In this document: in pieces, positions 23,745 through 35,957 of the stretch
Layout: each line of letters opens with the position of its first letter
Position numbering within the stretch: position 1 is the first letter of the stretch
Source of the DNA: Mobula hypostoma
Taxonomy: Eukaryota
Reading direction: 5' to 3'
DNA length: 64,000 bases
Assembly (NCBI RefSeq): GCF_963921235.1
Contig: NC_086109.1
Location: forward strand, 33,544,001-33,608,000
Notes under the pieces: model-generated
Databases searched by the model: none
What the model was told of the DNA's origin: nothing
What the model saw: only the letters and a program-made list of their open reading frames with translations
Position numbers and translations under genes: made by a program

Positions 23745-26695
23745 TCTGCAGGATACTACCATTGGTCAGATTTGTTCACTGGCACTATATTGAACTGATC
23801 ACCTCTTCCAAAACAGACTTGACCCTACTGATGATGACCTTGGACAGGATTTTATATTCTACATTCAAGAGCGAAAATGGGTCTCCAATTTTTTGATGTC
23901 ATCCTCTTTCTGCTTGATGCCCTTCCCCATGGAGTCTGACATGTTGCCAGCTAGAAGCACATTATTGTTCAATTCCAGAAGGTCTGGGCCCATCCAATCC
24001 CACAAAGCCAGGTAGAACTCAACCGATAATCTGTCACTTCCAGGGATTTTATTTGAGTCAAAGGAACAGATGGAGCCAGTCAGTTTCTTTGAGGTGAGTG
24101 ACTGGTCCAGACTCTCCCATCTGCTGTTATCTAACACCTCTGTGATATATGACAGGAAGTTCTGAGAAGCTGTGGCCCCTGTGAACTTTCTGTCATCCGG
24201 ACTGGCATAAAAGGATCTCAATATGTCCTTCTATGAGGATGCTACTGAACTGTCTTCCTCCTTAAGGCTGTAGATCACATGAACCTTTTGCAAGAAGGGT
24301 GAAAATGTCTCACCCTGTTCCATGGCGCCCACCCTGGATTGGAAGATGATCTTGCAGAATTTGAAGCCAAAGTGCTGGGCTTGCCGGCCTTTTACCTTTC
24401 ATAACTCCTCTCTTACATCCACCCCCTTTGAATGCAAAAGGGGAAGTTGCTGTAACTCTGCCGAGAGTTTACACAGTTCCCTCTGACTCTGTATTACTTT
24501 CTGGACCCCTTTACAGATGAAGAACCTCCTGATCTTCTCCTCGGTCACTTCCAACCAATGAACAGGAGAATCAAACATGGGTTTCAAGTTCCTCCAACTT
24601 GCATATTCCCTCTGCAGTTCCTCTGGGGTTGGTAGATTAACATTCAGCTTCAACATCCCCTGCCTGCTTTCTGGTCCTTTTGTCGGTGACCGGAGGCAGT
24701 GATCAGAAAAGAAAACCAGCATGATATCAGTACATCTGGCTGTGGGCTGAGCTGTCTGATCGTAACCAGTTGGTTATGGCTGTGCTCTGTCTGGAAGGAT
24801 GCTGAGGCATTGCACAGCTGGGCTGTTTTAATTGTTTCCATCAGGAATCTGGAGGAGTTGTCCAGCCTGCTGTCAGCTCTACCAGTTCTTCCAGCCACAT
24901 CAATGGTGCAGTTGAAGTCAGCAGACAGAATGACCGACTGGGATGGACTGACAGCAGCAGTGGGAGCTGCACAAGGATGCCAGTCACTTGCTCCATATGG
25001 ACAGGGGGTACACATTAATTAGCCGAACGGAGTGTTTCAGTAGATCATGTCTACCATGAGGAGGTGCCCACCCACCCAACCATTTCTATAACTTGGGTGA
25101 TTGAGAAGTTGCCTCACTGTAGCAGAAATCCCAGGCAAGAAGCAAGGCAATCATTGCCCCTACAAACTACACAAAGAAACCATGGGACCACCATCTTGAC
25201 CAGCTCTGGTAGCTGTGGAGGTAAGGTAGCCTGTATTCCCCTAAGGAAATCACATCAGCTTTGACCTTGGCTAGGTACTGTAAGTCGTTCAAAGATGCCA
25301 GTTTTAAGTCCATGGTTAATTCCTCAGGTACAGTTCTTATCCTGGTCACTCAACCTGAGATGTCACGCCCACGGCCTTGGTGAACTGCGGCACTTTTTTG
25401 TGGGCTCAAGTACTGACAATAATCCTCCCCTGGGAGTGTGGTGTGGCAATGCTGGAGATGCTCCTGTGCTCCTCCCGGTCTCCTGGAGCCCGGGGCCAGA
25501 GACCTCTGTACAAATCCCAGTTTCCAGGATCTGGGGGACAGAGGCCTCTGTACAACTCCTGGTTTCCCGGAGCTGGTACTGCCTTGCTGCTCCGAGTCTC
25601 CTGGAGCTGTGGGTTGGCAGCCTCTCTGCTGACCCCAGTATCCCAGAGTTTGGGGGGGGGGTGGTCAGCAGAACCTGCATTTCCATTTTCCCTTTCTGCC
25701 TTTTCCTCTCCTATCTGAGTATCCATCTTCTGGGGTCATTGGTTTCCCACACTCATTTCCTCATCTGACAAGGAGAGGTTGCCAGCGTCTGTTTGCTGCC
25801 CTGCACTTTTCCTCCCCTTCCTTTTATTTCCATCAGCCTGTTATCTCTCAGACGGTGTAATCTGAAACTTCTTTCTCTTCACCAGCCACTCTTCTAGTCC
25901 CTTTACCCTCCCTTCCTCCATGGGCGCCTCTTCTTGTGAAGGGGCTTGGGGTTTTCAGGCAGTGGGGAGCATGTTGGAACTCGAGGAGTTTGGCCTTCTC
26001 TCAGTCACAGTCTGTATTTTAGTGCTGGCCATATCCTCTGCGCTGGTAGTGGGCACATTGACATTTGCCTGGGCATTATCGGTGCCAGCTCCCCCTCTTG
26101 TTGCCCGGGCATAGGAGCCAGCAAGTGTTGGGCAGGCTTTGTAGAGGTGACCTACTTGTCCAAAGTTTGTAGCATTTGCTCTCCTGGCAGTCCACTTCAC
26201 TGCATTGGGCTGTGACATGTCCTGACTTGTTACGGTTACAGGATAGCCCGGGTTGATCAGCATACACCATATAACCACGATTCATTCCGATGGTGAAGAC
26301 TGATGGAGAGTGGATGATGGAGCTATTTGAATCTGCTCTCAGTCTGACCTTGACCTGATGCTTGTTGATTCAGATCTTGAACATATCCTTAATGTCCATA
26401 CAGTTTCCAGTACCCTCGATGTAACAGGCAAGGGAGGTGAATACGTCCACAATGGGCACGTTGTAGGTCGAACAGGTGCACTGTGATCACATGCTCCTTC
26501 TGAGTAGGGAGGGAGAAAATAGGGATACCTTTAGCAGCAACAGTAGTGCTTCATTCCCCCCTTTGGAAATCCTTTGGGAATTTCTACCATCCTGCTGTGT
26601 ACTTGAAGGTTACATTGTAAAAGCCATTGAAGACTTGGATGCGATAGATGTCATTCACGTCGAGCAGTACTATCTGAATGGAGTGGTGTCTGTAG
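23745..26695 (-). mobile_element. Tx1/L1-clade LINE 5' portion (ORF1 with zinc knuckles, APE, start of RT), degenerate
   Basis: GYMVYADQP..CNRNKSGHV..QC...C.KC...GHLYKACP in ORF1; VILSADFNC, FFSDHC and KIPGSDRLSVEFYLALWDWMGPDL in ORF2. Confidence 0.85.
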
Positions 26696-26861
26696 GACCA
26701 TAAGACCATGTGACAGAGAGCCGGAATTAGGCCATTTGGCCCATCAAGAATCTCTGCCGTTCTATCATGGCTGACTTATCATTCCTCTCATCCACATTGC
26801 TGTCTTCTCCTGGTAACTTTGACACCCTGATTAAACAAGAACATATCAACCCCTGCCTTAA

Positions 26862-27400
26862 ATAAGAAGTATTTTAAAGGCAGGATGACCCAACTGTGGT
26901 TGACAAAAGAAGTCAAAACCAATATAAAAGTCAAAGAAAGAGCAAAAATTGGTAGGAAATTAGAGGGTTGGGGAGTTTTAAAAACCAAAACAAGGCAACT
27001 AAAAATGCCATAAAGAAGCAAAAGGTGGAATTTGAAGGTAAGCTAACCAATAATATTGAAGAGGATACAAAATGTTTCTTCAGATAGATAAAGAGTAAAA
27101 AGAGAGGTGAATCAGAACACTGGCGAGGTAGTAATGGAGAACAAGAAAATCGTGGACGAACTGAGTAAGTACTTTGCATCAGTTGTCACTGTCGAAGACA
27201 CTAGCAGTGTGCCGCAAATTCAAGTCTGTCACAGGCTAAAGTGCGTGAAGTTGCCAATGCTCAGGAGAAGGTGCCTACTGGGAAACTGAAAGGACTTAAA
27301 GTAGATAAGTCACTTGGACAATTTGGTCTACACCTCAAGATTTTGAAAATGGTTGCTGAAGAGATTGTGGAGGTATTAGGAATGGTACTTCAAGAATCAG
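26862..27400 (+). mobile_element. CR1 ORF2 internal fragment
   Basis: ENKKIVDELSKYFASV.TVED and KLKGLKVDKS.G..GLH.KILK.VAEEIVE. Confidence 0.85.
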
Positions 27401-27658
27401 TGGGGCCAAGGTGCACAAGACAGCAAATCCAAGATAGCCAGCAAATGCACAGTTGCACAAAAAAATCACATCTATAGCCCAATTCCTCAGTAACATGTCC
27501 TGCACGTTGATGATGCAGTTCCCTGCAGTCTGCAGACAAACATAGATGAGACTATAACCGTCCACCTTATCCACATCCCACATGATTTATAAACTACTGT
27601 GAGGCCACCGCACATTACCGTGCACTCCAGGTCATAAACATCCTCTCTGGCACTCAGC

Positions 27659-28200
27659 TGTTACCGTGGTTCAGACATGGTCTAAGTACGGAGTGAGAGA
27701 CACTGAAGTGGGTCGATATTTCACAGACCTTAATGTGAATAATGTTAAAGGGAAAAAGAAAGCAAAAAACACTAGGCCAAACAGGGCCACTGGCTAAAAC
27801 ACTCAAAAGGAAAATGAATCCTACACTGCACTGCGGCTCTAAAGAACATTTAAGAATAAAGCGAATACCGCTAGTCTTCAGAGTCAGTTGACTCAACAGT
27901 CCAACTTCTCAGGCAAGATGGAATGCAGATATCGAAGAGTAGCTATGTCCAAGTCTCCACAAATACTATGATGAAATGAATGGAGTTAAATACTATCATA
28001 ATGAAATAATTAGCTGACATGTGCATGTTCACGAGCACAATTGCCGAATCTGATGCACTGCTGAATCCGTGATTGTGACAGGGTCCCCCTCTCTAGGCGC
28101 AGCCCCTGAGGCGCCACATACCTGTGGCCACTGGAAGTCCTGAATGAGGGGCTTGTCCAAGATGTCCTTCAGTGATGCAAGTGCGATGGTGTACACTGCT
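27659..28200 (-). mobile_element. Gypsy (chromovirus-like) 3' LTR (27659-28080) with PPT and the end of the internal region
   Basis: TGTTAC...GTGACA inverted termini. On the minus strand AGAGAGGGGGACCC precedes TGTCACA. The upstream peptide KDILDKPLIQDF resembles a chromodomain C-terminus. Confidence 0.7.
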
Positions 28201-28217
28201 AATATCAGAGCCAAAGC

Positions 28218-29303
28218 AGTGGGGTCAGGAACAGGGGAATATGGAATGAAGGGTCTCGGCATGAAATATCAAGTTTATTCCTCTCCATAAATGCTGCTGG
28301 ACCTGCTGAATGCCTATAGCATTTTGTTTGTGCTCTTGTAGAATGAAAGCATTTGGTAAATAAACTAGGAGTGATGAAGGGAAATATATTCTTACACTTC
28401 AATTATTTAAGGTCTGGCAGTAAATGTCTGTTGGAATTATGGAGGCCGATTCATATGTTTTATTCATCCAAGAGTGACAGCATTCCCCAGAGTGCCCAGG
28501 AATGTGAAACTCACAGATGGGACACTATTTACCGGCAGTACCCTTGGAAGGGACAAGGTCTGCAAATGCATCAGTCAGTTTTTGCTTTCAAGCACAATTT
28601 TAACATTGAATCTCCCTGTACTTAGACAAGGGGCAGGGAAAGTGAACAGACCCTCCTCTTCTATTCTCAAGGTCACAGACCCAGGGTCATCATGAAAACC
28701 AGTTATTCCTTTCACCCTCATCACGTCACTGAAACCCAGCCAATGAACAAAGCTTTTACTAAATACAGAAATGTTGAGATGTGACCACTCAGGGAGGTGT
28801 CAAGCCCTGACATCAGAAGGCCACTGTGACACGATTGGGGCACGTCACAATTAGATGCAGCATCACCACAGGGTTTAATCTCTGGTTACCCGGAGACCTG
28901 TGGTGTTCCTGTGGAAATTTCAACAGAAGAGATTTAAATCTCATTGATTGGGAGGCAAAGTTAAGGAGGTAAGGAGATCCCAAATAGTCCAAAATGGGGA
29001 AAGGATGGATAGTTTATCTATATCGATATGTCTTGATGAAGTGAAGCTCCCTGATAAAGTAAATTTGGGGTATGTTAGTTATAATGTATGAGCTTATATT
29101 CCACCTCCACTTAGATGTTGCAAATGTCAGAGGTTTGGGTATGTTGCAGCAGTATGTTGTGGGAATCTAAGTGTGATGGGGAACATGAGTATGAAGATTG
29201 TGAAGGCGTGAAGTTTAAACGTTGTAATTGCAGAGGAGACAATAGTGCAGAGGATGTGAAGTGCTTAAGAAGACAACTGAAGTTCACCAGGTTAAAGTAC
29301 AGT
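28218..29303 (+). repeat. Local segmental duplication, copy A left block (paralog at 44470-47690)
   Basis: Continuous similarity from GGAATATGGAATGAAGGGTCTCGG to CAACTGAAGTTCACCAGGTTAAAGTACAGTT, crossing boundaries between unrelated repeats. Confidence 0.92.
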
Positions 29304-32300
29304 TAGGTGAGTTTTATGTGGAGGCCTTGCAAAAGGTTAAACTGAATGTTGATAAAGTACTACTAGTCAGAGAACAGAATGTGAAGTCAGAGGGTATATG
29401 TCAGCACCATACTTCTCTTACTAGTGATACTTCACTAGCTGATAGAATGAAGTTTGTGATGTTCATAATGGATATTATGCTCAGATATCCAGTCGTACTG
29501 AGAAAAATAAAATTATTGTGTAAGTTGCGGAGAGGTACCTGGGTATAACTGGTATTCTGTGGGAAGCTGTGAATGAAGCTCTGATGGGTGGGGTATCTGA
29601 ATTTCAGTCTCCTTGTGAAGGTACAAGAACATTGTAGTAGAATGCGAACATCCTGATCTTGAATGGTCAAGACTTCAAGAAGTTTATTTCTGATTTATCA
29701 AATCCAGCTGATGTTATATGTATTGAGGAAACCCGGTTGTTACCATATTTAAGTTTTCTCTTGCAGGATTATATTGTAATTAAGCGTGATAGATTTAGTT
29801 GGTTGAAGGGGTGGTGTTGCAAGTTTTATAAGGCAGGGGATAGGACATATTGTGGATATAAATGAAGTATATCAGGTGCTTGTACTTGAAGTATTTGATT
29901 CAACAGGTAGGGGCATTAAAGTGGTCAATTTTTACAAGCCTTGTGGAAAGCTTTCGATTGATTTGTTGGAAAGTATATGTAGCTCTAGCTCACTAAGGGT
30001 CGTATAGTGTGGGGATTTCAACGCACATAGTTCACTATGGGTTGTTCACAGAATGATGGTAATGGTTTGATCGTAGGAGAATTTTTAGATGTTTCACATC
30101 GTGTGTGCATTATTGATGAGAGGGGCACAAGACGTAATGTTGTAATAGTTCTGAAACCGCTATAGATTTAACTTTAGTTTCAAACATTCTGGCTGGAGTG
30201 AGTGAGTGGGATTCATGGGAGATGAAACATAGGGGAGCGATCATTCTCCTATATTTACAAGCCTGGGTCTGGATTTATATAGGGGACAGGAGGCCACTTT
30301 CAGGAGGTGGAATTTTGGTAAAGCAAATTGGGACAAGTTTAAGGTTTTATGTGATGTGTAGGCTGAATGTTGAGAATGATGTTGCAATGAAAGGTTATCT
30401 CGTCAAACTGCGGTGGAGTGATTCCTATTTAAAAGGCCATTAATAGGAGAAAGACTGTACCATGGTGGACTGAGGAGTGTTGCAGAGGCAATTAGGGAGA
30501 GAAATAAGGTGTTTAGGAAAGTTAAGAATTATCACTCTCCGAGTAACCTCATTAAGTATGAAAGGGCATGGGCCATGGTGAGGAAAGTAGTGAAGGTTGC
30601 GATAAAGGTTTACTGGAAGTCATATTGTGATAGCATTGGAAGGGATATTAATCTTGGAGATGCTTCAGAAATGATTAAAAAATGGGAGGGGGTGTGATTC
30701 ATCAGGCCAATAACACTCAAGTGTTGATTGAAGAAGGTAATACAACTGTTACTGAAATAAAGAAGGTTGAGTTACTAGCTCGGTCATTTGCTGCAATTCA
30801 TAATCGAGATAATTTAAGTGAAGAGGCTAAATATTACAGGTCAGACGGCTCCAGGAAAGGATGAAATATGTTATTGTTGGTTTAAACATATGGTCAACAA
30901 TCTCTTGAGATAATATTAAAATTTTTGAATCATATTGGGAGTTTAGGCCATGTTCCGTCCTTGTGGAAAATGGCGGTAGCAGTGCCTATTCTAAAACCTG
31001 GAAAACCCCCATCAAATCCTTCCAGTTATAGACAAATGTCACTAAAGTCCCATTTGTGTAAACATATGGAAAGCATGGTAATAGAGCAGTTGAATTATAT
31101 TTTCAGAACTAAGAGGAGATATAGCATTTTATCAGAGTGGATTTCAGAAGGGTTGAATGACATTGGATTCAGTTTTATGTTTGGAAGATGATATTAGGAA
31201 AACACAGGTAAGTAAAGAAGTTGTAATAGCAATATTTTTTGAAAAAGAAAAAAGCATATGGTACATTATGGAGGGAGGGTCTTTTGATTAAATTATGGAA
31301 ATTATGAGCAAGAGGAAGGCTATGTAATTTTTTTCAGAGTTTTTTATTTAGACAGTCTATGCAGGTAAGCATAGGGAAGGCACAGTGCCTATAAAAAATA
31401 TTCACCCCCTCTCCTTGGAAGTTTACAACATGAATCACAGTGGATTTAATTTGGCTTTTTTGACACTCATCAATAAAAAAAGACTCTTCTGTGTCAAAGT
31501 GAAAACAGATCTCTACAAAGTGATTTAAATTAATTACAAATGTAAAACACTACATAATTGATTGCTTAAGTGTTCACCCCCTTCAAGTCGGTATATAGTA
31601 GATGCACCTCTGGCAGCAATTACAGCATTGATGGATAGGTCCATATGTGTGGATAGGTCTCTACCAGCTTTCCACATCAGGACACTGCAATTTTTCCCCA
31701 TTCTTCATTACATGGGGATTGCATGGGGATCATGAGTGAACACCCTTTTCAAGACCAGCCACAAATTCTTAGTTGGATTGAGGTCTGGGCCCTGACTTGG
31801 CCACTCCAGGACATAACTTTGTTGTTCTTAAGCCATTCCTGTGTAGCTTTGGCTTGATGCTTGGGGTTATTGTCTTGCTGGAAAGCAATTCTTCTCCCAA
31901 GTTGCAGAGAAGCATCCCCACAGCATGATGCAGCCACCACCATGCTTCATGGTAGGGATGGTGTGTTTTTGATGATGCGCGGTGTTTTGCTTACACCAAA
32001 GATGGTGTTTAGCCTGATTGCCGAAAAGCTCAATTTTGATTTCTTCAGACCATAGAACCTTCATCCAGCTGACTTCAGAGTCTCCTACATGCCTTCTAGC
32101 AAACTTTAGCCGAGAATTTGTGTAAGTCTTTTTTTCAACAGTGGCTTTCTCTTTACCACTCTACCATAAAGCTGTGACTGGTGGAGGCTCTGGGCAACAG
32201 CTGTTGAATGCACATCTCAGCCACTGAAGCTTGTAACTCTGTTGGCCTGCCTCACTAGTCTCCTCCTTGCACGGTCACTCAGTTTTTGAGGATGGCCTGC

Positions 32301-33143
32301 TCTAGGCAGATTTACAGCTGTGCCATATTCTTTCCATTTCTTGATGGTTGATTTAATGGTACTCCAAGCGACCTGCAGTGACTTAGAAATTTTCTTGTAT
32401 CCATCTCCTGACTTGTGCTTTTCAATAATCTATTCGTGGAGTTTCTTGGGGTATTCTTTTGTCTTCATAAGCCAGGATACTGATGCACCTGCAGTTGCAC
32501 CTTCCAGAATCAGGTGTATTTTTACCACAATCAACTGAAGCACCTTGAGTGCAAAAATATATCCCCATTTCACCAATTATGTGACTTCTAAATTCAATTG
32601 GCTGAACCATTGATGATTTGGTGTGTCATATTAAAGGGGAGTGAATCAAGTATTTTGTGTTTTATATTTGTGATTAATTTAGATCACTTTGTAGAGATCT
32701 GTTTTCACTTTGACATGAAAGCCTTTTTCGATTAATCAGTGTCAAAAAAGCCAGATTAGGTGGGTCAATATACAGTACCACCTAACACCCCAAAAATTGC
32801 AAAAAAGACGTTTTATGATCGTTTATCATAATATTCAATGTGGAGAACAACATATCAAAAGTTGGACAATTTTGACACATGGGAAAGTCTCCAAAAATGA
32901 TATCAAAAAACAAGATGGCCGCCAGCAGAAAAACGCCAAAAATCTGACTGATAACCATCAAATTGCAAGTTTTTTAAACCTGATGTTTTAATGAATGCTC
33001 TTTTCACTAATGTGTTTCAAATAACAGTAGTTCCTGGAATGAAAGTTTGTACTGACATCATGATGTCATCAATGATGTAATCAAGGGACAACTCTGGTAT
33101 TAATACTGACGTCATGACACATAATATGCTACCTTATGGCTTC

Positions 33144-35957
33144 TTAGATGCAGTCTTGTTCATCATCCTCTTCTATCACTGGCTCACTTGTTGTATTGTC
33201 ACAGTTGCCATCTTGGCAATGTCCACATGCACTGGTGCATTCCAGCCCATGCTTTTGGCAGGTACACTTTAGCATATTGCACCCTCCCGTACAGTTGCAG
33301 TGAATCATCTGAATAAGTTTCTCTGGAGCAGACCTTTTGTCTGTCATCACTGGAATGAGTTTTCCCCCTTCTATCCTCCATCCCCATTCAGATGGCTCCA
33401 TTTCATCACTACGGCCCATCCACTCCATAACCTGGTAGTAAGTCCGCAGGGAGTGAAATTTACAGGCCAGGGTGGTTGGTGGCAGTCTTTCAGGCATGAT
33501 GAAAGTCTTAGCTCTCGCAACTTTCTCGCAGAGCATATTGTATCTGACAGATGCCAGGGAGTCGTTCTGATTTCCATTGAACAACACCATCATTGCCCTA
33601 CAGCCATTGGTTTCCACAATATCCTGACTTTGCTTTGGTGAACAGAGCGCTTTCCAACAGTCTCTGATTCCCCTTTCTTTCTTGATGATTCTTTGGAACC
33701 CCAACTTCTTTCCGATCCCAAATACTCTGGACGTTGAGTTGCATCTGGTAGAGGCTGGAGAAACAATAGATCATTACAAACTGCTTCTCTGAGTATCTAC
33801 TTAAGGACCTTGATATTATAGTCATAATCATACTTTGTTGATCCTGGGGGAAATTGGTTTTTGTTACAGTTGCACCCTAAATAATTAAATAGTGATAAAA
33901 CCATAAATAATTAAATAGTAATATGTAAATTATGCCAGGAAATAAGTCCAGGACCAGCCTATTGGCTCAGGGTGTCTGACGCTCCAAGGGAGAAGTTGTA
34001 ACGTTTGATGGTCACAGGCAGAAGTGACTTCCTGTGACGCTCTGTGTTGCATCTCGGTGGAATGAGTCTCTGGCTGAATGTACTCCTGCGCTCAACCAGT
34101 ACATTATGTAGTGGATGTGAGACATTGTCCAAGATGGCATGCAACTTGGACAGCATCCTCTTTTCAGACACCACCGTCAGAGAGTCCAGTTCCATCCCCA
34201 CAACATCACTGACCTTACGAATGAGTTTGTTGATTCTGTTGGTGTCTGCTACCCTCAGCTTGCTGCCCCAGTACACAACAGCAAACATGATCGCACTGGC
34301 CACCACAGACTCGTAGAACATCCTCAGCATCGTCCGACAGATGTTTAAGGACCTCAGTCTCCTTAAGAAATAAAGACGGCTCTGACCCTTCTTGTAGACA
34401 GCCTCAGTGTTCTTTGACCAGTCCAGTTTATTGTCAATAGGCATTTGATTTCACCTTGTCCGAGCGGAAATACAGTTCAGTGCAGTTTGTTACCACTACA
34501 TGTTAGAGCAAGAGTACAAGGAGATCTGTGTCTTCTCCATCGAGGGTGATAGATTTTTGAAAGCAGACATTGTGACGGCTGCTTTTGTGATCTCAACGTC
34601 GGCATCTCCTTCAGCTTGAATCACTTCGCAGCCTCTCTGTCGCAAACGTTCCATAATGAGCTGGGTAATTACCAGCTTGTTTGCCTCTTTCGACAAGAAG
34701 TCCTCCATTTTTCCAACATATTTTGTTGCCCCTGTAACGTTCACCTTGTTCACATTCAAATTTCTACTTCGATGCTGATGAGTACAGTCCTTTATGCTTG
34801 GCCCAAACCCATAATGATGAAACACTACAGTGGTTCTGGCATAGTGTTTGACAGTGAATGAGGTGTAGTCACCTGCAGTTGAACTGTAGGTGCACTCCTC
34901 CGTCCACTTTAAGCGGTGCAGAAGTGATCCCCCATCTAGAACATAGTGATCTGTCACTGGGACCGTCTGTGTGACAGCATTGTCCGATTTGGAGGTGACA
35001 TAGGTCTTTATTGCTTCTGCTGGTTGTGGCTTATCCGGCTGGTGCAAGATGTTCTTTGCTTCCAACAAAGACATCGGATATGGACAGAGTTCATAGTTCA
35101 TCACTTCGTATAACCAGAGATCACCTGTCTGTGACACAACTAGGAACCTCTGGTATAACAATGCTGGATCTATGGTACGGTCTTCAGCAACTTTGACTGC
35201 TCTGCTGGATGCTAGTTTCTTGACCTTCGAACTCCTTTTGTGTGAATACGAGAAAACAGAATGTCCGTCCATCTTCCTAACTATGTCATTTCCTATTGCA
35301 AACAAGTCATGTACATTGACATCCTTATTTGCATAAACCCCTGTGATGATGTTGCGCAATGATTTATCATCTGAAAATGGCATGAAACAGTCCAGTTTTT
35401 GCTGTGACTTTTTCAAGGTCAGCCTCATCCCTATTCACTCTGGAGGTGGACAACTCCTTATGTTGTTCACCTGTTGTGTAACTATTAGCGGTCAGTTCTT
35501 GCATGGCAAGGTTGTAAGAGGATGACACAGTGGAAGACATAGTCCAAACTGCTCCCTGGTGCTCTGACATCCCACTTCCTCGCATTAGGCCCCCTTGTCT
35601 TTTTAGTGAGCGCATTAGTGTCCGTTCTGTCACAAGATCAGAGCCAAGGCCAGCCCAGTATTGGCTGCTGCGTCTGATTACGTGGAACCCAGACTGGAAC
35701 TTCCGATGAACCTCAGGGTTTTTATCCTCCAATGCATGCATCTTCTGGAGACAGAGATGAGCCGACTTCAGATCATTCGGATGGCCAGCGGCTGCGAATA
35801 TCAGCAAGCAAGCTGAGATAGCGCTGAGATGCATCTCCCATGACCCCATTCGATCGGTCGCAACAAGGGCACAAGCAATCCCTACCATGTGCTGGTAGTT
35901 GACCCACAGTGTGCTGCTTTTGGAGATCCCTGTCAGTTCATCCTTTTTGAGAGTCAT
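33144..35957 (-). pseudogene. Academ polyprotein remnant (ORFs 35367-35957, 34496-35428 and 33144-33704)
   Basis: RMGSWEMHL...FAAAGHPN...GFHVIRRS...SDLVTE..MRSLK..GG (transposase); YVLDGGSLLH..TTVVF...AEGDADV (XPG/PIN-like); LPPT...HSLRTYYQ..W...WGW...AP..CNC...C...C.C...L.CTSAC.HC (Cys-rich). Confidence 0.82.
33822..34436 (-). mobile_element. Rex1/Babar LINE 3' fragment inserted in the Academ ORF
   Basis: ORF 33959-34444 (KKGQSRLYFLRRLRS..CRTMLRMFYESVVAS) with a (ATGACT)-like tail at about 33820-33835. Removing the insert restores the Academ reading KVKSNAYNIKVL across the shared ATAG. Confidence 0.92.

Noticed and set aside
25295..25768. Dense stack of overlapping ORFs on both strands
   Set aside because: GC-rich, short-repeat region at the Tx1 ORF1 end / inter-ORF segment; few stops are expected from composition.
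28822..28828. CACTGTG (also about 45065 and 47795) as a V(D)J recombination signal heptamer
   Set aside because: No nonamer at 12 or 23 bp spacing and no V, D or J coding segment nearby.
33144..33704. Host tesmin/CXC-domain gene
   Set aside because: It lies within TIRs and a TSD and is collinear with transposase and XPG-like frames, so it is the Academ C-terminus.
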